64,000 bases of DNA from Candidatus Eiseniibacteriota bacterium (GTDB taxonomy: Bacteria > Eisenbacteria > RBG-16-71-46): positions 672,001-736,000 of the forward strand of contig CAVSAC010000010.1 of NCBI GenBank assembly GCA_963725865.1, written 5' to 3'. Shown piece after piece: positions 1-10,117 of the stretch. The notes under the pieces are model-generated. The model did no database searches. It was given only the letters and a program-made list of their open reading frames with translations, and was not told the DNA's origin. Position numbers and translations under genes: made by a program. Each line of letters opens with the position of its first letter. The stretch's first letter is position 1.

Positions 1-141
1 CGAACGTGTCCGTCGCGAGGATCGCCCCGAGAGATCCGCCCTTGCAGCCCCAGCGCGCCTTCGCGCACCCTCTCCGACGGCGATCGCCCCACGTTCACGC
101 GATCACGAGCCCGCCATCGACGGCTTCACGAATAGGTCGCG

Positions 142-840
142 CTAGCGGTAGCGCGCCTTCAGTCCACCCCACGTGGTGCCGCCCGCGAGCGCCGCGGGCT
201 CGAACGCCTCGAGGAACAGCACCGCGTCGTCGAAATCGGACTCGCTGCTGATGCTGCGGTCCTGGTCCTCGAACGCCAGCCATCGCGCCCCCGCGTTGAC
301 GCCTGTGCCCTCAAAGGCGAGTGCCTGAGGCAGCCCACCGCCGTTGCGGTAGTCCTGGGTGTAGAACAGTCCCCCTGGACCTTGCAGATAGAACCCAAGC
401 AGCCAGGTCACACCCAAGTAGGTGGTCGTGCTCTGCAGCGTCGCCATGGTGTCGAATAGATTCACGATCATCGTGCCGCCCGGATCGAACGACACGATGG
501 CGAACCAGCCGGCATCGGCCACGTCCGGGAACACTTCATAGAGATCGGGCGACGGCGGGACCGCTCCGGCGTTGTACACGCCGACCGAGTTGCTCGCGGC
601 GTTGCCGCCGAGCTCGATCATCATCCTGAATCTGGCATCGCCAAAGTCGACCGAATTCCACGACAGAGCGTCGATTTGATCGGTCGTCACGTTGATCGAT
701 TCGCCGACGCTATTCAGGTAGTTCTGTAGGGAGGTGCCGTTGACCTGGACCTGCGGTGTGCGGAGTCCGGCGGACGCCGCCGAGGCGCCGAGCGTGATCG
801 CGAGGACGGCCACCACGAGAGGGGTAGCGCGACGAAGCAT
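142..840 (-). CDS. Secreted DUF4114-like protein with C-terminal TWGGLKARYR motif
   Basis: ATG at 840 with GGAGA RBS; signal peptide MLRRATPLVVAVLAITLGASAASA; WLAFEDQ..SDFDDAV motif typical of DUF4114-like domains. Confidence 0.8.
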   Translation of the reverse strand: MLRRATPLVVAVLAITLGASAASAGLRTPQVQVNGTSLQNYLNSVGESINVTTDQIDALSWNSVDFGDARFRMMIELGGNAASNSVGVYNAGAVPPSPDLYEVFPDVADAGWFAIVSFDPGGTMIVNLFDTMATLQSTTTYLGVTWLLGFYLQGPGGLFYTQDYRNGGGLPQALAFEGTGVNAGARWLAFEDQDRSISSESDFDDAVLFLEAFEPAALAGGTTWGGLKARYR

Positions 841-1094
841 GGATGCATCTCCACTAGACGTCGAGGTCCCTGCGATGCGCCCGGCCGGGTCGGGGCCACC
901 GCAGTGCGGATCTTGGCCTCTGCGGCATGAACGTGGATCGAACTCGCGCATCACGCGGGAGGTCTCGGCTTCTTGCGCGCGACACGTGTCCGTGGCTGAC
1001 ACGACATCTCAGCGTGGGGGATCGCCGTTTCCAAGTACCAATGCCAAGAGGGTATTCCCGAGGAACTGCGCCCACAAGAACTGCTTCGGTCCGA

Positions 1095-1390
1095 GCATCG
1101 AGGATCGAGAAGCCCTGCTGCGGGTGGCCCCCTACTCGGCCGGCGCTCCGGTCGCCAAGCCGCGGCTGCACTACGATGCTGTGCGCCCCGGGGTCGATCG
1201 GCGGGCAGCGCGAGGGCTCCTCGCCAGGCCTTCAGGCACGCCCGCAGCGCCGGTTGGAATTGTCGCGGGTGATGTTTCGGGTGGAAGTCGAGGTGTTCGC
1301 GCAGTGCGGCGGCGCGGCAGGCATCGTCAGGCTCGTCACCAGACCGGCGGTCCTGGAACGCATCCTGTCGCATATCGCGCGGCGCAGGGT
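1095..1390 (+). pseudogene. Degenerate IS91-family (Y2) transposase remnant
   Basis: EDREALLRVAPYSAGAPVAKPRLHYD in one frame and LSRVMFRVEVEVFAQCGGAAGIVRLVTRPAVLERILSHI in another resemble the catalytic-Tyr helix and the C-terminal CxxCGG..I..IL.HL segment of IS91-like transposases; lies next to a tRNA 3' end. Confidence 0.5.
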
Positions 1391-1446
1391 CCACGCACGG
1401 ACCAGCCCACGTACGGTCAGGTGGCCAGCCTGTTCGAAGGTCTTAG

Positions 1447-1531
1447 TGCCGGGGCCGGGAGTCGAACCCGGACGGGCGTGAGCCCAGCGGATTTTAAGTC
1501 CGCCGTGTCTAGCCAGTTCCACCACCCCGGC
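1447..1531 (-). tRNA. tRNA-Leu(TAA), CCA not encoded
   Basis: GCCGGGG/CCCCGGC acceptor stem, anticodon arm GCGGA-CTTAAAA-TCCGC, long variable arm, GGTTCGACTCC T-loop; followed by CTA rather than CCA. Confidence 0.97.
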
Positions 1532-1593
1532 ACATCCTCCCCGCATCCTCGCGTAACGCGGGCGCAGGCGCCATCCGATCGCGCCCCAAGCAC

Positions 1594-1630
1594 GACGCCC
1601 GGGCCATCCTCGCGGGAGGGCCCGGGCGTC
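1594..1630 (-). terminator. GC-rich hairpin downstream of actF
   Basis: 12-bp stem GACGCCCGGGCC/GGCCCGGGCGTC; no clear U-tract. Confidence 0.45.
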
Positions 1631-1653
1631 TGGTCGCGCGCGCAGCGACGCGG

Positions 1654-2916
1654 CTAGTGCCCGGTGCCTCCCGCCGCGGCTAACGCGTCGGTCACTTTCA
1701 CCGACGGGTACTTGCTCAGGAAGCCCTGCACCGTCCAGCCGAACAGGCCCAGGAAGCCGAGCGTCATCCCGATCTCCGGCAGCCCGATCCACACGCTGTC
1801 GGGATGGATCGACGGCATCACGAGCAGGTGCCGCTCCAGCCACATGCCGACCAGCACGCACAGGCTGAACGCGCCGAGCCAGAACGGGCTCTTCTTCGTG
1901 TACATGTTCATGAGCCCGACGAACGGCAGCAGGAACACCATGGTGAACACGGTGAACGCGATCGGCCGCCACGGGTCCTCGAAGCGCACGAACACCCACC
2001 AGGTCTCCTCCGGCATGTTCGCGTACCAGATCGGCAGGTACTGCGACCAGAACTGGTAGACCCAGAAGATGCAGATCGCGAACAGCAGCTTGCCCACGTC
2101 CCAGAAATGCTTCTCGGTGATGTAGGCCTCGAGCCGGTACTTCGTGCGCAGCTGGGTGGCGAGGAACGCGGTCATCGCGATGCCGGTGAGGAACGCGCCC
2201 ATGAACACCCACCAGCCGAACAGGGCGCTCACCCACTCCGGCGTGAGCCCCATGATGAAGTCCCACGCGAGCAGCGTGACGGAGATCGCGAACAGCACCG
2301 CGAGCTGCGGCGAGCGCTTGGACAGCCGGTCGCGTTGCCAGTCGACCTCCGCCTCGTCGCCGCGCCAGCCCGCGCTGAGCTTCTCGTACTCGGGCCGCAG
2401 CTCGGGGGCCACGTGGTCCTTGAGCAGGTGGGCGTCGGTGCGCAGCGAGACGCGCGCCAGGTCGCGCGCCAGCCAGGTGAACAGCCCCAGCCCGATGATG
2501 GTGCGCGCGTAGAGGAACGGTACGTTGAGATAGAGCGCCATGCGCGGCTCGACGTGGCGCGTCCACGGCAGGTAGGTCCAGATGCCGCCGAACAGCAGCA
2601 CCAGCATGGCCACGAAGCCGACCGGCAGGAAGGCCGAGAACGACTCACCGATCCGCATCAACGGGCCGGCCCAGCGTCCGTTGGACAGCCGGATCCCGGC
2701 GGACAGCAACACGCCGCCCATCGCGATCCCGAGCCAGTAGAGCGTGTTGATCGCGAACGAGCCCCACGCGCGCTGCGGCTGCGTCAGGAGCAGCGCCGCG
2801 AACGAGATCACGCCGATCGCCATGCACAGCATCCAGAGCTGGCGCTTGCGCCGATTGGGACGGACCGGCAGCTTGCCAGCCAGGTCGCGAAGCGTCGCGT
2901 CGGCCGCGGAACTCAT
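1654..2916 (-). CDS. actF: Alternative complex III membrane subunit ActF
   Basis: Polytopic NrfD-like paralogue with FWVYQFWSQYLPIWYANMPEET motif; ATG overlaps actE stop (ATGA). Confidence 0.88.
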   Translation of the reverse strand: MSSAADATLRDLAGKLPVRPNRRKRQLWMLCMAIGVISFAALLLTQPQRAWGSFAINTLYWLGIAMGGVLLSAGIRLSNGRWAGPLMRIGESFSAFLPVGFVAMLVLLFGGIWTYLPWTRHVEPRMALYLNVPFLYARTIIGLGLFTWLARDLARVSLRTDAHLLKDHVAPELRPEYEKLSAGWRGDEAEVDWQRDRLSKRSPQLAVLFAISVTLLAWDFIMGLTPEWVSALFGWWVFMGAFLTGIAMTAFLATQLRTKYRLEAYITEKHFWDVGKLLFAICIFWVYQFWSQYLPIWYANMPEETWWVFVRFEDPWRPIAFTVFTMVFLLPFVGLMNMYTKKSPFWLGAFSLCVLVGMWLERHLLVMPSIHPDSVWIGLPEIGMTLGFLGLFGWTVQGFLSKYPSVKVTDALAAAGGTGH

Positions 2917-3464
2917 CGAGGCTCCATCGTCTGCATGTGCCGGAGGTAGTTCACCAGGTCCCAGGCCTCGTGCGAGGACACGGCGGCGCCGTAGCTCGGC
3001 ATGACCACGCCCCCGTTGCGGATGTACGAGTAGATGTAGCCGTCCTTGCGCTTGCGGGTGGCCTCGGCGAGCAGGTCGGGCGGCGGCATGAACAACTGCG
3101 CCACCTTGCCGTCGCCGATCATGCGGGTGCCGTGGCACGGCACGCACGTCTTGGCGAACTTGCGCTCGCCGCGCGCGATCGAGGAGTCCAGGTCGGCCGG
3201 CGCGGTCGGGTTCACCAGCGTGGCGGCGAGCACCTCGCGGTCGGTGACCCACTCGCGCCCGGTCACCGGCACGCTCGCGTCGTCCGGCGGGCGATTGATG
3301 GTCTTCTGCGGCTTGATGGCCACCGTCCACCGCATGTCGCGCTGCGGGTAGTAGCCCCAGTGCACGTTCGCGTTCCAGAGGTCGCGCGCGCCCTGGCGCA
3401 CGCTGCCCACCGACCACAGCGTGAGCAGTCCGACGGCGATCGCGGCGATCGTGACCTTAAGCAT
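2913..3464 (-). CDS. actE: Alternative complex III monoheme cytochrome c ActE
   Basis: Single CVPCH, DGYIYSYIRNGGVVMPSY motif, N-terminal hydrophobic anchor; operon position. Confidence 0.85.
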   Translation of the reverse strand: MLKVTIAAIAVGLLTLWSVGSVRQGARDLWNANVHWGYYPQRDMRWTVAIKPQKTINRPPDDASVPVTGREWVTDREVLAATLVNPTAPADLDSSIARGERKFAKTCVPCHGTRMIGDGKVAQLFMPPPDLLAEATRKRKDGYIYSYIRNGGVVMPSYGAAVSSHEAWDLVNYLRHMQTMEPR

Positions 3465-4002
3465 GGAGCGTCACCTCTTCTGCACCGAGGCCCTTCAGCG
3501 TGTCGACCACGCGGCCCGCGGCGTCGCCGGCGCACGGCACCCAGACGCCGATGCGATCCTCGGTGAATCGCGGGTCGTACGGGGCGCGGGGGCTCAGCTG
3601 CGGCAGCCGGGCCAGCGCGAGCATGCCGAACAGGTTGGCGAGCCCGCCCAGCAGGATCATCGATTCGTAGGCGATCACCACGAACGGCGGGATCGAGATC
3701 AGCTCCTTGCCTCCGATGACCAGCGGATACGCGACCACCGAGTAGATGCACAGCGAGATGCCGCCCGTGAGGCCGAGGATCCCGCCGCAGAGCGTGATCC
3801 AGCGCACCATCGACGGGCCTTGATCGAGCGCGTGCTCGATCTCGTGGTGCGGGACCGGCGAGAACACGCTCAGGTCCTTGTGCCCGTCCTGGCGCAGCGT
3901 GCGCACCGCGTCGGCGGCGTCGTCGACGAAGTAGTACACGCCCATCACGCCCTGATGGCGCTGGGACGGCCCCTGCAGCAGCTTCTCGATCAGGCCGAGC
4001 AT
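3457..4002 (-). CDS. actD: Alternative complex III subunit ActD (DUF3341)
   Basis: FSPVPHH, YPLVIGGK, IAYESMIL, YDPRFTEDR motifs; two TM helices. Confidence 0.88.
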   Translation of the reverse strand: MLGLIEKLLQGPSQRHQGVMGVYYFVDDAADAVRTLRQDGHKDLSVFSPVPHHEIEHALDQGPSMVRWITLCGGILGLTGGISLCIYSVVAYPLVIGGKELISIPPFVVIAYESMILLGGLANLFGMLALARLPQLSPRAPYDPRFTEDRIGVWVPCAGDAAGRVVDTLKGLGAEEVTLHA

Positions 4003-4003
4003 C

Positions 4004-5389
<1,386 letters not shown>

Positions 5390-5403
5390 TCGGTCGGCCT
5401 CGC

Positions 5404-8400
5404 TCAGACGTGCTCGCGGTGGATCTTCTTGAGATAGGTGACGCCCGGCCGGGTGTTGAGCTCCTCGAGCACCCAGTAGCGCCGCAAGTGGTCGTGCGAG
5501 TGCCGGTACACCTCACTGGTCTCGTCGGCGAGATCGCCGAACACGATCGCCTGGCTCGGGCACGACTGCGCGCACGCGGTCTGGATGTCGCCGTCGCGCA
5601 CCTTGCGGTTCTCGTCCTTCGCCTGCCCCTTGCCCTCGAGGATGCGCTGGATGCACATGGTGCACTTCTCCATGACGCCCTTCGAGCGCACCGTCACGTC
5701 GGGATTGAGCTGCCAGTTGAGCGGCTCGGGGAACGCAAACGTGACCTTCTCGGGCGCGCTGTAGTCGAAGAAGTTGAACACGCGCACCTTGTAGGGGCAG
5801 TTGTTGGAGCAGTACTTCGTGCCGATGCACCGGTTGTAGACCTGCGCGTTGAGCCCCTCGGGATTGTGATAGGTGGCGTAGACGGGGCACACGTCCTCGC
5901 ACGGGGCGTCGGTGCAGTGTTGGCACATCAGCGGCACGAATCGCACGTCGTTGTGGCGGTCCGGGATGCCGATCTGCTGCTCGAAGCGGTCGATGCGGAT
6001 CCACGACATCTCACGCCCGCGCTCCACCATCGCGGGGCCGACGGTCGGGATGTTGTTCTCCGCGTAGCACGCCGTCACGCACGCGCTGCAGCCGTTGCAG
6101 GCGTTGATGTCGATGGCCATCGCCCAGCGGTGTTCGGCGTACTTGTAGGGCCCGACGTTCACCGGATTCTGGCGCGGGCCGCGCGCCTTGTTCTCGGATT
6201 CGAACGCAGTGATCGCGTGGGCCGGCGTGCGCTCGCCGGCGGGCCGCGCGAGCGGCTCCGTGTAACGCCCCGGCTTCAGCTGCGAAGGATCGAACGTATG
6301 GCGCTCGCCCGGGCCGTGGCCGCCGAGGTGGGCCTTGCTGGTCGCCGCGCCGTGCGACGGCTCGGCGCTCTCGGCGCCGAGCGGACCCGTCGGCGTCTGG
6401 CCGGTGAGCTGCGATACCGGGATCACCTGCGCGAAGCCGCGGTCCCACTGGTCCATCGAGCGCTGCGTGTACACCAGCCGCGCGGCGTGGCTGCCGCGGC
6501 TGACCTTGGCGCGCGCGGCGAGGTAGGCCACCGCGCCCGACGCGGCGTCCTGCGCCGGCGGCAGCAGCGCGAGCGGGTTGACGCCCAGATTCGTCGCGTA
6601 GCGCGTGAACGCGGTGTGCCCCTGACCGAGCGGGATCGCGACCACGTCGCGGCGCACGCCCGGGTACGGGTAGACCGGCAGCTCGAGCGCGCCCGCCTCG
6701 GTCTCGACCCGGATCGGATCGCCCTTCGAGACGCCCAGCGCCTTGGCGGTGTCCGGATGGATCTCGGCCCATGTCCCCCACACCACCTTCGTGGTCGGGT
6801 CGGGCAGCTCCTGCAGCCACGGCTTGTTCGCGCCGCGCCCGTCGTAGTGGTTCGGCGAGGCGAACAGCACCAGGGTCAGCTCGCCGGCGCCCTTGAACGC
6901 CGGCGGAGCGAACGCGGGCACGCCGCCGGTCCACGCCACTGGAGTCGCCGCGGGCTCCTCCCAGACGCCGCCGGTCTGCAGCGCGCCGTGCCAGAAGGTC
7001 TCGAAGTCCCGCCCCTTGCCGAAGCGCGCGTGCAGCGGCGCCCAGCGCGACTTGAGGTACGCCTCCCACGTGTCGGGGAACGCGCCGAAGCCGCCGGCCT
7101 TCGCCAGTCCGAGGAACACGTCGCCGGCGGGCCGCGCGTCGAACTGCGGCAGCCGCTGCATCGCCGGCTGCGTCAGCGAGTACACGCCCCGCGCGGTCTG
7201 CGCGTCGCCGAGCGTCTCGAGCGCGTGGCTCGAGGGCAGCACGAGGTCACAGCGCTCGCTGGTCTCGTCCAGTACCTCGGTGACGCCGATGGCGTAGGTG
7301 ACCTTGTCCATCGCGGACGTGAAGCCGGCCCAGGCCGGCGTGCTGTACGCCGGATTGGTGCCCGCGATCACCAGCACGTCGACCTGCCCCTCCTCCATCC
7401 GCTTCAGGAGTCCCTGGAACTGGGCGAAGGAGGCGACGTCGTCGAAGTTGAGCGTGCGGTCGAAGCGCACCGTGCGGTTCACGTTCCCGGCCACCCAGTT
7501 CAGCAGGTTGACCGCGGTGAGGAGCCCCACCGACTGCTCGCTCTGCGTCGCGATGCCGCCGGCGACCGCCAGGCTCGGCTTGGCGCCCGCGAACTGCACC
7601 GCCATCTCGGCGATCTCACCCGCCGGCACGTCGGAGAGCTTCTCGACCTCCTCGGGCGTCCAGGGCGCGAGCGCGTCGCGCAGGCGGCTGGTGTCCACGG
7701 CCGCGAGGCCCTGCGTGACGATCGCGTTCGCGATGCCGAGGGCCACCGCCATCTCGGAGCCGGGCTTCGCGCCGAACCACTCGTCCGCGTTGGCGCCAGT
7801 CAGCGACATGCGCGGCTCGATGGCGATGAAGCCCGACGACGGCCGCGCGCGCATCGCGGCGAAGTCGCGCGCGTACGTGACCGGGGAGCCCCACGTCTCG
7901 AGGAAGTCGGCACCGAAGCCGATGACCAGATGGGCCGCGGCGAAGTCGTGGTGCGGCACCGCCGCGACGCCGAACGTGCGGCGGTTCGCCTCGCGCAGGC
8001 TCTCGTGGGCGAACGCCTCGTACACCAGGTGGCTGCCGCCCGCCGCCGCCGCGAACTCGTTCGCGAGCGCGTGCAGCGAGCCCGTGTGGTTGCCGGTGAG
8101 CACCGCGATGGCGTCCTTGCGCGACCGCGCCGCGCCGAGCTGCTCGCCCGCCAGCGCCAGCGCCTGATCCCAGCCGATCGCCTTCCACACCCCGTCCTTC
8201 TTCACCATCGGCGACTTGAGGCGATCGGGGTGATAGAGCCCCTGCAGCCCGGCGTGGCCGCGTGCGCACACGCCGCCGCGTCCCACCGGGTGGGCGGGAT
8301 TGCCCTCGATCTTGATCGCGCGCCCGTCGCGCTGCTTGACCAGGATGCCGCAGCCCACCGGGCACTCGCGGCAGGTGGAGGCGTACCAGTACGAGATGCC

Positions 8401-8538
8401 GGGGAGCACGTCGTTGGGCGGAACGAGATACGGGATCAGTCGCTCGGCGGGAGGCGCGGCGCAGCCGGACAGCGTGCCGGCGGCACCCACGCCCACGAGC
8501 TTCAGGAAGTCACGACGGTGGAATACCGGATCCGACAT
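5404..8538 (-). CDS. actB: Alternative complex III subunit ActB (molybdopterin-oxidoreductase-like domain fused to Fe-S domain)
   Basis: TAT lipoprotein signal RRDFLK...LSGC; C-terminal CNGCSACVTAC, CQHCTDAPC, CIGTKYCSNNCP, KCTMC..TACAQSCP motifs. Confidence 0.92.
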   Translation of the reverse strand: MSDPVFHRRDFLKLVGVGAAGTLSGCAAPPAERLIPYLVPPNDVLPGISYWYASTCRECPVGCGILVKQRDGRAIKIEGNPAHPVGRGGVCARGHAGLQGLYHPDRLKSPMVKKDGVWKAIGWDQALALAGEQLGAARSRKDAIAVLTGNHTGSLHALANEFAAAAGGSHLVYEAFAHESLREANRRTFGVAAVPHHDFAAAHLVIGFGADFLETWGSPVTYARDFAAMRARPSSGFIAIEPRMSLTGANADEWFGAKPGSEMAVALGIANAIVTQGLAAVDTSRLRDALAPWTPEEVEKLSDVPAGEIAEMAVQFAGAKPSLAVAGGIATQSEQSVGLLTAVNLLNWVAGNVNRTVRFDRTLNFDDVASFAQFQGLLKRMEEGQVDVLVIAGTNPAYSTPAWAGFTSAMDKVTYAIGVTEVLDETSERCDLVLPSSHALETLGDAQTARGVYSLTQPAMQRLPQFDARPAGDVFLGLAKAGGFGAFPDTWEAYLKSRWAPLHARFGKGRDFETFWHGALQTGGVWEEPAATPVAWTGGVPAFAPPAFKGAGELTLVLFASPNHYDGRGANKPWLQELPDPTTKVVWGTWAEIHPDTAKALGVSKGDPIRVETEAGALELPVYPYPGVRRDVVAIPLGQGHTAFTRYATNLGVNPLALLPPAQDAASGAVAYLAARAKVSRGSHAARLVYTQRSMDQWDRGFAQVIPVSQLTGQTPTGPLGAESAEPSHGAATSKAHLGGHGPGERHTFDPSQLKPGRYTEPLARPAGERTPAHAITAFESENKARGPRQNPVNVGPYKYAEHRWAMAIDINACNGCSACVTACYAENNIPTVGPAMVERGREMSWIRIDRFEQQIGIPDRHNDVRFVPLMCQHCTDAPCEDVCPVYATYHNPEGLNAQVYNRCIGTKYCSNNCPYKVRVFNFFDYSAPEKVTFAFPEPLNWQLNPDVTVRSKGVMEKCTMCIQRILEGKGQAKDENRKVRDGDIQTACAQSCPSQAIVFGDLADETSEVYRHSHDHLRRYWVLEELNTRPGVTYLKKIHREHV

Positions 8539-8544
8539 GGCTCC

Positions 8545-9072
8545 TCAGTGGTGGCAGACCAGGCAGTCGGTGCTGGCCGGGTTCTGGGGATCGCTCTCGT
8601 GCCGGCGATGGCAGTTCACGCACCAGCCCATCTTGAGCGACGGATACTGGTAGACGACCGTCATCTCCTGCACCGGCCCGTGGCATTCCTGACACTGGAT
8701 GCCCTTCAGCACGTGACGCTTGTGGTTGAACTTCACGTGATCGGGCAGGCGGTACACTTCGGCCCACGGCACCGGCTGGGAGCGCTCCCAGTAGCTGGCG
8801 AGCTTCTGGATCTCCGGGCGGTCGGCGACCGCGATCTTGTGGCAGCCCATGCACGTGCCGAGCGCCGGCAGGTTCGCGATCGGCGACTTCTCGGCGCCCA
8901 CGTGGCAGTACAGGCACGGCATCTCGAGCTTGCCGGCGTGGATCTGGTGGCTGAATCGTATGGGCTGCGTCGGCCCGCGACGATCGCCGTTCTGGACCGA
9001 GAAGGATTGCGTGAAGGCCGCGGTCGCGGCGGCGAACATCACGAGGATGGAGAACGCGATGATCTTCTTCAT
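8545..9072 (-). CDS. actA: Alternative complex III pentaheme cytochrome c ActA
   Basis: Five CxxCH motifs (CLYCH, CMGCH, CQECH, CVNCH, CLVCH); PTQPIRFSHQIHAG. Confidence 0.92.
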   Translation of the reverse strand: MKKIIAFSILVMFAAATAAFTQSFSVQNGDRRGPTQPIRFSHQIHAGKLEMPCLYCHVGAEKSPIANLPALGTCMGCHKIAVADRPEIQKLASYWERSQPVPWAEVYRLPDHVKFNHKRHVLKGIQCQECHGPVQEMTVVYQYPSLKMGWCVNCHRRHESDPQNPASTDCLVCHH

Positions 9073-9099
9073 GAGCCCTCGTGGGTGAAGGACCGCGGC

Positions 9100-9128
9100 A
9101 AGTTACTCGGGCATCTGGAGCCTGTCAA
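9100..9128 (-). promoter_or_regulatory. Sigma-70-type promoter of act operon
   Basis: TTGACA-17 bp-TAACTT, 28 bp upstream of actA ATG. Confidence 0.7.
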
Positions 9129-9183
9129 CGGGGTTGTGAATCGGAGCGCGAAGCGGAGCGAACCGGCGCGCCTGCACAAAGTA

Positions 9184-9213
9184 GGACGCCCCACTCGTGA
9201 GAGCGGGGCGTCC
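9184..9213 (-). terminator. Probable intrinsic terminator after lipoprotein gene
   Basis: Stem GGACGCCCC/GGGGCGTCC with inner pairing, followed by TACTTT on minus strand. Confidence 0.55.
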
Positions 9214-9259
9214 GTGGTCCGCGCTGGCGCGGAGACGCGGCTTCAGCCGCGAGAGAACT

Positions 9260-9838
9260 TCACCAACCGGCCCGCCCGTCGTCCGCGGTCTGGATCACGC
9301 CGCAGCGCGAGAACTGAGACAGCGGCGCGTGGACCGTGCGGGTCCGGCCATTCATGACGCTGCCCGGGACCGGCCGCCAGACGCCCGCCTCCGGATCGAA
9401 CCACGCGATCGCGAAGGTCTGCGGGGTGCCGACCCCGAGCAGATCCCGGCAATCGGCGGTCAGCGTGACGGGGATGAGGAACCCGTTCGCCGAGGCCGGC
9501 GCGATCCGCAGGTCACAGATCGGCTGGCTCGGATCCGGCAGCTCCATCGTGACGACGACCTGGCCATGGGACGCACCCGGGGGCACCACCAGCGTGAAGC
9601 GGCCCGCGATCAGCACAGCCCCGCGGGTGCCATCGATGCGCTCGCTGACGACCAGCGGGGTCGGCCCCTCGTCGGGGTTGACGTTCGGCCGTAGCTTGGC
9701 GAGCGTGATCGCGGCTGGCTGGGTGGTGGGCGCGAGGGTCCCGGAATCGTACGGGGCGGTGGGAAGACGACCGCACGCTGGCAGCATCAGGCTCAAGACC
9801 AGGCCGAGCAGCAGGACGAATGGGCGCGGCAGTCGCAT
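9260..9838 (-). CDS. Hypothetical lipoprotein (beta-rich, possibly ZU5-like)
   Basis: GGAGGT RBS; lipobox-like LMLPAC; FTLVVPPGA and VHAPLSQFS segments. Confidence 0.7.
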   Translation of the reverse strand: MRLPRPFVLLLGLVLSLMLPACGRLPTAPYDSGTLAPTTQPAAITLAKLRPNVNPDEGPTPLVVSERIDGTRGAVLIAGRFTLVVPPGASHGQVVVTMELPDPSQPICDLRIAPASANGFLIPVTLTADCRDLLGVGTPQTFAIAWFDPEAGVWRPVPGSVMNGRTRTVHAPLSQFSRCGVIQTADDGRAGW

Positions 9839-9971
9839 GCGACCTCCGCCGGCGCGCCGACCGATCGGTCGGTAGCTCGCCGGAGCTGCACGTGCCCCAC
9901 GGCCACCGGGAGGGGCCCGGCGCGGGAGTCGCGTGGGCACGTGCGGGTCGCGACACCCAATGGGACTTCAC

Positions 9972-9987
9972 TGCAGGTGCCGTGCCG
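9972..9987 (-). promoter_or_regulatory. Candidate sigma-54 -24/-12 promoter
   Basis: CGGCACGGCACCTGCA (GG-N10-GC) upstream of the lipoprotein gene. Confidence 0.5.
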
Positions 9988-10117
9988 GGCGCGGTCGCGC
10001 GAAGCCGGGCGCGCAATCCCGTGTCGCCCAGACTGCGTGGGCGCTCGAGCAGGCCGCGCGCGCTGGGTCGTGGGCGCATCCTGCACGCTCGCCTTCGCGA
10101 CCCGCACGCTCACTCCG

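Noticed and set aside
9134..9152. Rex operator upstream of the act promoter
   Set aside because: Only the TTGTGAA half-site is present; the TTCACAA half is missing
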